A DNA stretch of 64,000 nt from an uncultured Methanosarcinaceae archaeon (GCA_963847185.1 CAWJYV010000008.1:192001-256000); one strand, 5' to 3'. Counted from the first letter of the stretch, positions 32,524 to 42,654 are shown. The notes: generated by a model from the letters alone, not told the origin. Numbers and translations are program-made.

Positions 32524-32865
32524 ATGAGTAAACTAATATTTGACAGAATGAAAAAGATTCTGTGTATGTTTACACTGGTCTTTTTTGTCGTGTCATTGAC
32601 AGCTGCGTCAGCAAGCGCAGGGTCAAGTGATGTTAAGAAATGGACTCAAGAAAAGGCAAAGTGGGATAAAGAGAAGACTAAGTGGGAAAAAGAGAAGAAA
32701 AAATGGGAAGAGGAGAAGAAAACATGGGATAAGAAACAGAAAACAGGATCCGATTACAGGGCATGGTTGAAGAACTATCAGGCATGGCTGACCAAATATA
32801 ACTCCTGGCATGTGAAATGCAAGCAGTTTGAAACAAAATACAATGAATGGAAAAACAGCCCTTGA
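32524..32865 (+). CDS. Small secreted Trp/Lys heptad-repeat protein, copy 2
   Basis: AGGAG RBS, signal peptide LCMFTLVFFVVSLTAASASA and a Trp heptad pattern. Confidence 0.88.
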   Translation: MSKLIFDRMKKILCMFTLVFFVVSLTAASASAGSSDVKKWTQEKAKWDKEKTKWEKEKKKWEEEKKTWDKKQKTGSDYRAWLKNYQAWLTKYNSWHVKCKQFETKYNEWKNSP

Positions 32866-32941
32866 GAGTTGAAACTGGAAAACACTGAGGAACTAACCGT
32901 AAAATAAGGAACTAACCGTAAAATAAACTGTACCCCCTATG

Positions 32942-33036
32942 GATTTACGCGCTTGAATAACAAAATAAAGCACTAGCTCTATTATAATATATTTGATGTC
33001 TTATGCTATTGTTTTATCGGTTCAAGCGCGTAAGTT
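32942..33036 (+). terminator. Long 3' inverted repeat after copy 2 (GATTTACGCGCTTGAA ... TTCAAGCGCGTAAGTT)
   Basis: Arms at 32942-32957 and 33021-33036, followed by T-rich sequence. Confidence 0.6.
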
Positions 33037-33919
33037 CTCCTCCGTTTTTATTGCCTTCTCTCCTCATTTATTTTTTTTGATTAATTTTCTCCGTAGATTT
33101 CCCTGGGATAATTCAAATATTTCCCTGCGGGTCTCTACCTGTTGTACTTTTCGGAATAAACTTCTGTTTTATCCCTTTTTCTTGGCCCTCTCATATTTTC
33201 ATTAATTTTATATATTAGAACTTATAATAATAGGTTCATATTAAGATACGAGAGTAAAACCAAAATTCATCAATATTTTTGTCCGATCAAGATTGTAAAT
33301 TCTATGGCAACTTTGGAAAAGAAACCATAATAGTATGGCATAATCTCTGATCAGGACAAATCAGGACAAGACTCGGAAGAAAGTCACCTGCATAAAAATT
33401 AGGAACTGCTATAATTAATGGACAATCAAAATAGTTGAATTAAAAATTAATCAAGTATTATGATTAATTACAGAGAAGCATGTTTCTTGAGAGAAAACTC
33501 ATTCTTCATCGATAATTTTATAAAATACCTGTTTATATATTTAGGGCGCAATAGTTCTGTCTTCCGTTTTTGTAGATATGTCGCGTTTTGCATGTCTGGA
33601 AGCTGCAAGTTTTGGCCGGTGGCTCGTCGGCCTAGAGGTCAATTAAGAAAGAGGAATCCTATCTCTCAAATGAGATGTTTCATCAATCTGAACCATGCTA
33701 AAATTGAGAAATTTCTATCAAAAAGTTACCTATAAATACAGTGTATCCTTCTGCGTTATGTTGAAATCTACATACTATACTTCCTTCAAATAACCAGGTT
33801 ATCTGACATTTGTTCTACCTGGGCTTTCTAATCTCTACCACTATACTCAAAAAAACATAACGCTGAAACCCGTGGCGGTGTATACATTGCATAAAAACTC
33901 ACAATTAGAGAAAGAAAAT

Positions 33920-34489
33920 ATGGAAGCAATCATGAAGCAGATAAAAGATCCTGAATTGCTTTCACAGATTGAAAAGGTCGTTCCCTTTCACGGCTTTCTG
34001 ACCTCCGGAGCATTAATCGGTATCCAGATGCTTAATATTGCAAAAAAGGTGCTTGATGTCAAGGAAGGGGAGCGCATATATGTGACCTCCGAGACGCAAA
34101 GCTGCATGCCTGATCCATTCCAGATTCTTGCAGGCGCTACAATCGGAAACGGCGGGTTGAAGATCAAAAACCTTGGAAAGATGGCGGTCACTGTAAACAA
34201 ACAGGCACCTGAAGGAGTGCACAGCGTAAAAGGTGTCAGAATTATCCTTGACCCTGAGAAGACAAAGGACTATCCCAAACTCCACGCCTGGTATCTGAAT
34301 ACTGAAAAGCTTCCACATGAGGAAGTTGTACCCATCCTCCTGGATGCAGGGGAAAAGGTGTATTCCTGGAAGCTTGTAGACTTAGAAGTTCCGGTCCGGA
34401 AAAAAAAGCGAATACATTCCTGTAAAAATTGCGGTGAGATGTTCATTCAACATGATAATGAGCTGCTGTGCGGCGGATGCACAGAATAA
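33920..34489 (+). CDS. fmdE: Formylmethanofuran dehydrogenase subunit E family protein
   Basis: FHGFLTSG, SETQSCMPD..Q...GATIGNG and a C-terminal CKNCGE...CGGC motif. Confidence 0.9.
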   Translation: MEAIMKQIKDPELLSQIEKVVPFHGFLTSGALIGIQMLNIAKKVLDVKEGERIYVTSETQSCMPDPFQILAGATIGNGGLKIKNLGKMAVTVNKQAPEGVHSVKGVRIILDPEKTKDYPKLHAWYLNTEKLPHEEVVPILLDAGEKVYSWKLVDLEVPVRKKKRIHSCKNCGEMFIQHDNELLCGGCTE

Positions 34490-34507
34490 AGTAAAGAGGT
34501 AAGCAAA

Positions 34508-35548
34508 ATGCAAGATGATATGCGATTGTCTGTCTTTGCAGAAAAAAAAGACAAGCAGCTGATCTATTTGCCTGAAAAATGCATTGGCTGCGGGACCTGC
34601 GTACAGGCATGCCCTAAAGGTAACCTGGCAGTGGGCGCTGTGGGAGCTATAGCAAGATGCCTCCTTGACGCTGATTTCCTGGAAATTAAAGAGAGTGAAA
34701 CCTGTCTTGTCTGTGGGATTTGTGCAAAAGTTTGTCCCACAGGAGCTCTTGAGTTAAAGCAGGAAGGAAAAACTCTTAATGATAATTCTTATCTTTTCAA
34801 GGCAATGAAACCAACTACAGTGAACGAAAATTGTGTTCATTGTGGGCTTTGTGAGGATATATGCCCCAGAGGATGCATCGAGGTAACAAGGGAAATTTCA
34901 GAAGATGGAAGTCTGAAGCTGGTCGGAAAGACAAATATTGATTCTGAATGCTGTGTCCACTGCGGCTGGTGTGCTGCAGTATGTCCGGTGAATGCAATTT
35001 CCGTAGAAAAACCCTTTGAAGGACGCTGGACCGTGGCCGAAGATGTTTGTCAGACCTGCCACACCTGTGTGGACGTCTGTCCTGCAAATGCTCTTTTCAA
35101 TAAAAAGGCTAAACCTGGAGAAAGAGTTGAAAAGATCACTCAGCGCCCTGATGCGTGCATTTACTGCGGAGCCTGTGCAGTTTCCTGTCCTGTAAATGCT
35201 ATTGATGTCAGAAAAACCGCAATTCTGCCGGAAGTGGAGAAAAAAGGCATTCTTGAGAAAAAGATCCTTGAAGCCCCTGTTCCTGAGGCTCTGCTTCGCA
35301 CCTGCCTGGAAACTGATGAAGACGCATGTCTGGGCTGTGGAAATTGTGTAATTGTCTGTCCTGTAAATGCCCTCTATAGCCGCGAACTTGCTGCGGGGTA
35401 CCTGAACGATATGGACGAAAAAGCTCTCCTTGAGGTTAAGAACGGAAAAATTTCTGTCGTAGACCAGGACTGCTGCGGAGCAGATGGAGCCTGCGCCATG
35501 ATCTGTCCTGTTAATGCGATCTGGCTCGTAAAAAGAGAGGTGAAATAA
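34508..35548 (+). CDS. fmdF: Polyferredoxin subunit F
   Basis: Eight CxxCxxCxxxCP-type motifs; position in the fmd operon. Confidence 0.92.
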   Translation: MQDDMRLSVFAEKKDKQLIYLPEKCIGCGTCVQACPKGNLAVGAVGAIARCLLDADFLEIKESETCLVCGICAKVCPTGALELKQEGKTLNDNSYLFKAMKPTTVNENCVHCGLCEDICPRGCIEVTREISEDGSLKLVGKTNIDSECCVHCGWCAAVCPVNAISVEKPFEGRWTVAEDVCQTCHTCVDVCPANALFNKKAKPGERVEKITQRPDACIYCGACAVSCPVNAIDVRKTAILPEVEKKGILEKKILEAPVPEALLRTCLETDEDACLGCGNCVIVCPVNALYSRELAAGYLNDMDEKALLEVKNGKISVVDQDCCGADGACAMICPVNAIWLVKREVK

Positions 35549-35549
35549 A

Positions 35550-37304
35550 ATGGCAGGAACAATTGCAGTCAAGAACGGATACGTCTTTGATCCCCTCAAT
35601 GAAATTAATGGGGAAATTATGGATATCTTCATCAGGGACGGAAAAGTTGTAAAAGAGCTTTCTGCGGCTGAACTTAAAAACTCAAAGGTTATTGATGCCT
35701 CTGGTATGACGGTTATGCCAGGAGGAGTTGACTCTCACTCTCACGTTGCAGGTGCAAAGGTCAATGCCGGCAGAATGATGCGCCCTGAAGACCACTATAA
35801 AGCAACTCTTCAGAAGACTTCACTCACTCATTCAGGTTCAGGCTATTCTGTCCCGTCTGTCTACAAACAGGGATACGATTATGCGGCAATGGGTTACACA
35901 ACAGTCTTTGAAGCCGCAGTTCCTCCTCTTGAAGCTCGCCACACCCACGAAGAGATGCGGGCAACTCCGCTTCTTGATATGGGCGGGTATCTGGTGCTTG
36001 GAAACAACTTCTTTTTGATGCGTTATTTAAGGGAAGGAGACATGGAGAAGGCTACTGCTTATGTGGCCTGGATGATGAAGACTCACAAGACATATGGGAT
36101 AAAATGTGTCAACCCTGCAGGAGTTGAAAACTGGGCATGGGGTAAAAATGTCAGTTCTCTTGATGAAGCTAACATCCATTTCGAAATTACCCCTAGAGAA
36201 GTCATTAAAGGACTTACCGAAATCAATGAACGGCTTGGAATGCCAATGCCTGTCCATCTTCACGCCAACAACCTGGGACACCCGGGATGCTATGCAATTA
36301 CAAAAGATTCCCTCAAAATCCCGGATGGGGTAAAGACCAGGCAAAACATGGATGTGGAATGGGCTGAAACCAAAATGGATCCTTCAAGGGACCGTTCCGT
36401 ATACCTCACTCACCTGATGTTCAACAGTTTCGCAGGTACCACCTGGGCAGACTGTGAGTCCGGAGTAAAAGACATTGCAGATTACATAAACAACAAAGAT
36501 CACGTAGTAATCGACAGTGGATGCACTCCTTTTGGTGAAGCAACAGTTATGACAGGCGACGGCCCTGCCATTCACGATCTTTACACACTTACAGGAAACA
36601 AGTGGTCGAACACTGATGTTGAAATGGAATGTGGCTCAGGTGTTATTCCATTTACCTATCTCAAATCCAACCCCGTACACAGCTTGCAGTGGGCAATGGG
36701 GCTTGAATGTCTCCTGCTTATCAACGACCCCTGGAAGACAATCATGACCACGGACAGTCCTAACGGTGGGCCTTTTACTAAATATCCTGAGGTTATGACC
36801 TGGCTTATGTCCGAAGCTTTCAGAAAGCAGACCTTCAGTGAGTGTCACAAATGGGCAAATGACAGAAGCGCACTCGGAGGCGTAAACAGGGAACTTTCTC
36901 TCTATGATCTTGCGATCCTTACAAGAGCCAATCCTGCTAAGACCATTGGAATGGTACACAGAAAAGGTTCTCTTGGTGTGGGCGCTGATGGAGACGTTAC
37001 TGTTTATAATATCAACCCGCAGCAGCTTGACGCAAACAACTACGAGGCTCTACTCCGTACTTTCAGGAAGGCAGAATACACCGTGAAAGACGGTGAAATA
37101 GTGGTTGTAAAAGGAGAGGTTGTGTCCCTGCCTGAAAAGCGGACTTACTATTCCGAAGTTCATGTAGAAAACGAGCGGGAAAAGGAAATGCTGGTCGATG
37201 TAAAGGATTGGTTCAGGTACTATACCCTGGGCTTTGCCAATTATCCGACTCCAGAAAAGTATCTGGAAAATCCGACTCCCATACAGGTTAATGGTGAGAG
37301 GTGA
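35550..37304 (+). CDS. fmdA: Formylmethanofuran dehydrogenase subunit A
   Basis: PGGVDSHSH, HLHANNLG and TTDSPNGGPF amidohydrolase motifs. Confidence 0.96.
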   Translation: MAGTIAVKNGYVFDPLNEINGEIMDIFIRDGKVVKELSAAELKNSKVIDASGMTVMPGGVDSHSHVAGAKVNAGRMMRPEDHYKATLQKTSLTHSGSGYSVPSVYKQGYDYAAMGYTTVFEAAVPPLEARHTHEEMRATPLLDMGGYLVLGNNFFLMRYLREGDMEKATAYVAWMMKTHKTYGIKCVNPAGVENWAWGKNVSSLDEANIHFEITPREVIKGLTEINERLGMPMPVHLHANNLGHPGCYAITKDSLKIPDGVKTRQNMDVEWAETKMDPSRDRSVYLTHLMFNSFAGTTWADCESGVKDIADYINNKDHVVIDSGCTPFGEATVMTGDGPAIHDLYTLTGNKWSNTDVEMECGSGVIPFTYLKSNPVHSLQWAMGLECLLLINDPWKTIMTTDSPNGGPFTKYPEVMTWLMSEAFRKQTFSECHKWANDRSALGGVNRELSLYDLAILTRANPAKTIGMVHRKGSLGVGADGDVTVYNINPQQLDANNYEALLRTFRKAEYTVKDGEIVVVKGEVVSLPEKRTYYSEVHVENEREKEMLVDVKDWFRYYTLGFANYPTPEKYLENPTPIQVNGER

Positions 37305-37308
37305 GGTC

Positions 37309-38169
37309 ATGACAGATGGAGTTCTTATTAATAAAGGTAAGATCGAAAGTGCTGGAGAAATGGAAGAAGTAGTTCTTATTCCTAAAAAAGAGATTGACAT
37401 TAAACTGGAAGCAGATGTTATAACTCCTGACTTCTTTGCAGGCAAGACTGCAGAAGAAATAGGAAGCCTATCTGTCTGGCAGGGTCCAAAGACCTATCCT
37501 CTTTCCGAGTTTTTTGAAGTAATCGGCAATGGAGGGAGTTCTGCAGCTCAGACTCTGATCCGTATAAAAGGCGATGCAATGCGGATCAAAAGAATCGGAG
37601 AAGGCATGAATGCAGGGAAAATTGAAATTGAAGGTTCTGCAGGCATGCATGTAGGTACCGGGATGAAAGGAGGCGAAATCGTTGTTTACGGAAACGTTGA
37701 CTCCTGGGCTGGCATGGAAATGACAGGTGGACTTCTGCACATTAAAGGCAACGCCGGAGATCATGTAGGCTGTGCTTATAGAGGTAAATGGCACGGAATG
37801 AAAGGTGGCCGCATCGTGATCGAAGGCTCGGCACGGCACCAGCTCGGAGGAGGCATGGACGGCGGCGAAATTATGGTAGAAGGCAATGTCGAAGGTTTCT
37901 GTGGAATTCGCCAGAACGGCGGGCTTATCGTAGTAAAAGGCAGAGCTCTTCGTGGTGTGGGCGCTGAAATGGCAGGCGGAACTATAGTTATCGGAGGAAA
38001 AATAGAGCGCTTCTCTCCTGGTTTCGAATATGTGTCCATGGAAAATAGCGTCAAGTCTGGTGAAGTCGAGCTAATCGGCGAATTCAAGAAGTTCATAGGG
38101 GACTATGCGATCAGCAAGCGGGCAAAAGGAGCTCTCTACGTAGCTGCAGACGCAAACCCGGAACTCTGA
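37309..38169 (+). CDS. fmdC: Formylmethanofuran dehydrogenase subunit C
   Basis: GXGXG beta-helix repeats (MKGGEI, MTGG, AYRG.W.GMKGG); ATG at 37309. Confidence 0.95.
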   Translation: MTDGVLINKGKIESAGEMEEVVLIPKKEIDIKLEADVITPDFFAGKTAEEIGSLSVWQGPKTYPLSEFFEVIGNGGSSAAQTLIRIKGDAMRIKRIGEGMNAGKIEIEGSAGMHVGTGMKGGEIVVYGNVDSWAGMEMTGGLLHIKGNAGDHVGCAYRGKWHGMKGGRIVIEGSARHQLGGGMDGGEIMVEGNVEGFCGIRQNGGLIVVKGRALRGVGAEMAGGTIVIGGKIERFSPGFEYVSMENSVKSGEVELIGEFKKFIGDYAISKRAKGALYVAADANPEL

Positions 38170-38179
38170 GGTGAGAGGC

Positions 38180-38569
38180 ATGGAAGTATTACTCATTACC
38201 GGAAGTACAATTGATGAAGGAAGACTTGCCAAAGGTGGGGATAAATTCACGAATGACTACACTATGGAGTGTGGGTGCTGCTGGATTTCTCCTAGCGATT
38301 TCGTGTCACTTTGTTCTCCTGATAAAGTAAAAGTAACAAGTGGGAATAGAAAACATTCGATTGCTGTTTACACAAAGTGCACTGATTCAGTCCGGCCAGG
38401 ACAGGTGTTCATGCCAAGAGCTATCTGGTCAAATGTTGTCACTGACCCCGATACTCTCTCAACCGGTTCCCCTCTCTATAAGGGTATTCCCGTAACAATT
38501 GAGCCCACAGATGAAGAGGTTCTCAGCGCCGAAGATGTAGTGTTGAAAGTTTATCTCGGAGGGCAGTAA
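38180..38569 (+). CDS. fmdD: Formylmethanofuran dehydrogenase subunit D
   Basis: LITGSTIDEG, GQVFMP..WSN and TGSPLYKG motifs. Confidence 0.95.
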   Translation: MEVLLITGSTIDEGRLAKGGDKFTNDYTMECGCCWISPSDFVSLCSPDKVKVTSGNRKHSIAVYTKCTDSVRPGQVFMPRAIWSNVVTDPDTLSTGSPLYKGIPVTIEPTDEEVLSAEDVVLKVYLGGQ

Positions 38570-38571
38570 GT

Positions 38572-39873
38572 ATGATTTACAAAAACATAGTTTGTCCTGT
38601 TTGCGGGGCAGCCTGCGATGATATCCAGGTTGAATTCGGGGACGGGAAGATTGAAGCTAGAAATGCATGTAAAATGGGGAATGCAAAATTTCAGGAAGTC
38701 ATAAGTTCCCACAGGCTCAGGCAGCCCCTTGTAAAAGCTGAGGGAAAACTGACTCCTGCAGCCTGGGACGAAGCTCTTGAGAAAGCTGCTGATATCCTTG
38801 TTTCGGCAAAGCGTCCTTTGCTTTTCATGGGAAGTGAAACTTCCTGTGAAGCGCATGAAGTAGGGCTCAAGATAGGGGAATATCTGGGTGCGCTTGTTGA
38901 CTCCAATGCTACCATCTGCCACGGGCCAACAGCTATGGGAATCCAGGAATCCGGTAAAGTCGGTGCAACCGAAGGTCAGAAGAAAAACAGGGGAGATCTC
39001 ATAGTCTACTGGGGTACAAATCCTCTTGAATCCATGCCCAGGCAAATGTCCAGGTATGGAGTTTTCCCAAGAGGTTACTGGACCAAACGCGGACGTTTTG
39101 ACAGGACAGTTATCACTGTGGATCCAAGAAAAACTCCAACAACCGAAGCTTCAGACCTGCACGTGCAGCTTAAACCCAATTCAGATTATGAACTGATAAG
39201 TGCACTTCTTACCCTGCTCCACGGGAAAACTCCGCACCCCTCAGTAGAAGAGATCACAGGAGTCCCCATCTCTGTCATGGAAGAAATGCTCGATATGATG
39301 AAAAACTGCAACTTCGGAGCCATTTCAGTGGGTCTTGGCCTTTCCTCATCTATCGGAAAGCACAGGAACGCCGAAATTGCCATGAACCTCGTAAAGGAAC
39401 TGAACAATTATGCCAAGTTCACCCTTGGAGCTCTTCGCGGTCACTGTAACGTCGCAGGTTTCAATCAGGTCGCTTCTTACATGTACGGATATCCTTTCGG
39501 ACTTGACTTCATGCGCGGAGTCCCGCGTTACAACCCCGGAGAATTCACAACCGTGGATGTACTCCGAGAAAAGGACGTGGATGCAGCCTTTGTGATGTGT
39601 GCTGATCTTGTCTGCCATATTCCTGCTGACTGTGCAACTTACCTTGGAAAAATCCCTATGGTCTGCCTGGACATTGCTCCCTGCCCGACCACAGCTGCCT
39701 CAGACGTCGTGCTTCCTGGAGTTATTGACGCCATGGAATGTGACGGAACCTTCTACAGGCTCGATGACGTGGCAGTTCACTTTGAACCTTTCACGACTTC
39801 GCCCTTCGAGTATACAAAGAGCAATGAAGATACCTTAAAACAGCTCTTTGAGAAGATTAAGGCAAGGAAGTAA
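38572..39873 (+). CDS. fmdB: Formylmethanofuran dehydrogenase subunit B (molybdopterin subunit)
   Basis: CPVCGAACDD, ICHGP and LRGHCNVAG motifs; the EFACDB order is typical of the Methanosarcina Mo enzyme. Confidence 0.96.
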   Translation: MIYKNIVCPVCGAACDDIQVEFGDGKIEARNACKMGNAKFQEVISSHRLRQPLVKAEGKLTPAAWDEALEKAADILVSAKRPLLFMGSETSCEAHEVGLKIGEYLGALVDSNATICHGPTAMGIQESGKVGATEGQKKNRGDLIVYWGTNPLESMPRQMSRYGVFPRGYWTKRGRFDRTVITVDPRKTPTTEASDLHVQLKPNSDYELISALLTLLHGKTPHPSVEEITGVPISVMEEMLDMMKNCNFGAISVGLGLSSSIGKHRNAEIAMNLVKELNNYAKFTLGALRGHCNVAGFNQVASYMYGYPFGLDFMRGVPRYNPGEFTTVDVLREKDVDAAFVMCADLVCHIPADCATYLGKIPMVCLDIAPCPTTAASDVVLPGVIDAMECDGTFYRLDDVAVHFEPFTTSPFEYTKSNEDTLKQLFEKIKARK

Positions 39874-40309
39874 GTTAAGTCTGTTTTACGGATTCTCATC
39901 CAAAGGATAGTGAAAACAAACAGATGAAGTGAGAGTGATTAAAGCTCTCACCTCTTTTCTCTTTTCAGTTTCCTGTGGGCACAATGCCAAAATTTAGTGG
40001 CGAATGTAAAATTGAAAATCACTAGATTTTGGAAATGGTCACAATCCTTTGAATGTGACCTATTAGTTGACGCCGAAAATAAACTCCCCAAATTACGGCG
40101 AATTTTTCCATAGAGCCCTTTTTTCATCCTTCAACTCTTTTCTCTTTTCATTACTTTATGTATATTTTTTCTTCAATATCATGAGACTATCATAACTGCG
40201 ACCTTAATTGAAGTTTAAGCAATTCTTTAATATGTGCGGGTGCATCTATGACTTGCTAGAATTGGCTGAATCGCCAGTCAACAAAGATAAAAAGAGGAGT
40301 ATGTGAAAA

Positions 40310-41059
40310 ATGTCACAGGAAAATAAAAACGATAAATCTTATTACGTTATCATTGCGCTGTCAGTTGTTTTGGTGCTGATGTCAGCAACGATATACGCCA
40401 TTTCACAGAGTGGATCCGAAAAGGATACGGAAAATACTATTTCCATGAGTGGGTATGCTGAACAGAAAGTTGTCCCTGACACAGCAACATTGAACATAGG
40501 TGTTGTAGTTCAGTCTGAAACTGCAAAGGAAGCATCCGATGAAAATGCAGCCCTTATGAGCGCTGTAATGGCAGAACTCAAAGCACTGGGATTGCAGGAT
40601 AAGGAAATACAGACATCCTATGTTTCCGTGTCCCCGGTATACAACTATAGTACGGCACAAACAATCACAGGTTACTCTGCATCCAACAGCGTGCAGATCA
40701 CAACCACGAAGCTCGACAACCTGAGTGAAATCATTGACAGGTCCACAGCCGCCGGAGCCAATGATATTGGAAGCATTTCTTTTTCAGTATCTGATGACAA
40801 GCAAAAGCAGCTTAGTGAAGACCTGATGAATGAAGCAGTAGCTGATGCATCATCAAAAGCCGATACGCTTGCTAAGAGCCTTGGCGTTGAGATAACTGGT
40901 GTGCGGACCTCATCTATAAGTGAAAGCGAGCGATTCCAGAGTATATTACGAATAGATATGGCAACAACAGAGAAAGGTTCAGGGGCAGTTTCCACTCCTA
41001 TTCAGCCAGGCGAGTCTACCGTTTCAATGTCAGTACAGGTCACCTACTACATTGAGTAA
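40310..41059 (+). CDS. SIMPL domain (DUF541) protein
   Basis: N-terminal TM, VVPDTATLNIGV, GAN.IG.I.F and PIQPGE motifs. Confidence 0.9.
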   Translation: MSQENKNDKSYYVIIALSVVLVLMSATIYAISQSGSEKDTENTISMSGYAEQKVVPDTATLNIGVVVQSETAKEASDENAALMSAVMAELKALGLQDKEIQTSYVSVSPVYNYSTAQTITGYSASNSVQITTTKLDNLSEIIDRSTAAGANDIGSISFSVSDDKQKQLSEDLMNEAVADASSKADTLAKSLGVEITGVRTSSISESERFQSILRIDMATTEKGSGAVSTPIQPGESTVSMSVQVTYYIE

Positions 41060-41427
41060 GAAATTTGGACTAGGTAGTTTGAATGCTGAGATATACAGAT
41101 GATCAGGAGTTGCGGATGACGAATGTTGTTTGCAACTTCTCTGATCAATTTTTGACAGACTCATAGCCAAATTAGGCAGAAAAAAGTATTTTTAAAGCTT
41201 CTCTTTTTAAGCACGTAACTATCTAAATCTAAAAATTTAAAAGTATTTTCTGCTATGTTAATATATCATCTAAAAACTTGTGTAGTTGAGTTCTGGCGCC
41301 AGCAGCATAAAAACGCCCACCTATCTATTATGCTGTTTTGCAAAAATATGTAGAGGCTTCATTTTGAGATTGACTTAAAACAATAGTGGAGTTAGAATTC
41401 TAAAATAACCAATGTGGTCTGATTAAA

Positions 41428-42519
41428 ATGCTCAAAAGAAGGAATATTGGCAAATGGCTTATACTAATTATTTTTGTGTCAGTTTTATTTTCGATTTCTG
41501 CAAGTGCGGATGTTGGATCAAATGATTCTTCATACACGATACCTGAATATGGTCCTGAGTTTTTTAACGAACTCAAAAAGAATCCACACTTCATTACTAG
41601 TAGAGGATCATTTCCGGATCCAACAAATGATAATGGAAGTGGGGATTTCTTTTCAAATCCCGTATATAAGTGTTGGAGTAATGTAACAGAAAACGACCAG
41701 TTTATTGCAGAACTTGATGATCCTATCATTGGTTTTAGTTATGCAGGCGCAGGTTGCATAGTCGTAGAATTAGAGTCTGATTCTTCCGAGAAAGTAAATG
41801 AAACAACAATTGATGAAATTTATCAGAGAATAGATGGTTACTGTGAACAGGAGGATGTAAGTGAAGTGCCTGTTCTCTTCATGTGGTCACATATAGAGGA
41901 AGATCTCCCGTTACCGGATTATGGGCCTCAGATTTTCGAGGAAGTTAAAAATGAGCCCGACTTCATAGCTACTCGGGGAACAATGCCTGTAATTACAAAT
42001 GCCAGTGAAAAAGTGGAATGGGAAGAAACGGCAGGGAAGTGTATTCATAGTTTCAGAGATGAACTTGATTCTTATATGTTAGAAAATGGTGGTCCATTAA
42101 CCGGTTATGGTTATAACTACAGGGGTTATATATTTGTGGCCTTTGATCCAGAATCTCCAGAAAGTGTTAATGATACTATAATTGATGAAATTTATCTAAT
42201 AATCGAAGACCACTGTGAGCAAAAAGGTGTAAGTGAGGTACCAGTAGTTTTTGAGTGGATAGGAGTACCAATTGATGATTTAGCACCAGCTGATGAATCA
42301 GATGCGGATGAAGAAATGGTTACTATAACAGATAAAGATGGAAATTATATAGATGTAGATAAAGAAAATATATATATTGACAAAAATGGAAATTTTGCAA
42401 TTAAAGATAATGAAACAACACAGAAAACTAATGAGAAAGCTAATCAAGCACCTGGTTTTACTTCAATAATGGTCATTCTGGGGTTTTTATTGTTGCTAAT
42501 TATCAAGCGTTCAACATAA
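41428..42519 (+). CDS. PGF-CTERM-anchored acidic surface protein with an internally duplicated domain
   Basis: Signal peptide; PEYGPEFF/PDYGPQIF and CEQ..VSEVPV each occur twice; APGF + TM + KR tail. Confidence 0.85.
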   Translation: MLKRRNIGKWLILIIFVSVLFSISASADVGSNDSSYTIPEYGPEFFNELKKNPHFITSRGSFPDPTNDNGSGDFFSNPVYKCWSNVTENDQFIAELDDPIIGFSYAGAGCIVVELESDSSEKVNETTIDEIYQRIDGYCEQEDVSEVPVLFMWSHIEEDLPLPDYGPQIFEEVKNEPDFIATRGTMPVITNASEKVEWEETAGKCIHSFRDELDSYMLENGGPLTGYGYNYRGYIFVAFDPESPESVNDTIIDEIYLIIEDHCEQKGVSEVPVVFEWIGVPIDDLAPADESDADEEMVTITDKDGNYIDVDKENIYIDKNGNFAIKDNETTQKTNEKANQAPGFTSIMVILGFLLLLIIKRST

Positions 42520-42654
42520 ATGCGCAATTTAATGTTAATCCCACACATTAATTCCTTTGGAATGTAAGAAAAGTAATTTTAGAACATGGATCAGATAAGT
42601 TCCGAAAAAAAGTGTAGCCTTTGTAAGGCTACCTGAATAAGTCTTTTTGCCGCG

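Noticed and set aside
33460-33735. 91-aa ORF upstream of fmdE
   Set aside because: It overlaps the probable promoter and leader and has no recognisable motifs.
40920-40960. Odd ERFQSILRID segment in the SIMPL protein
   Set aside because: An alternative frame gives SDSRVYYE, so compensating indel errors are more likely than biology.
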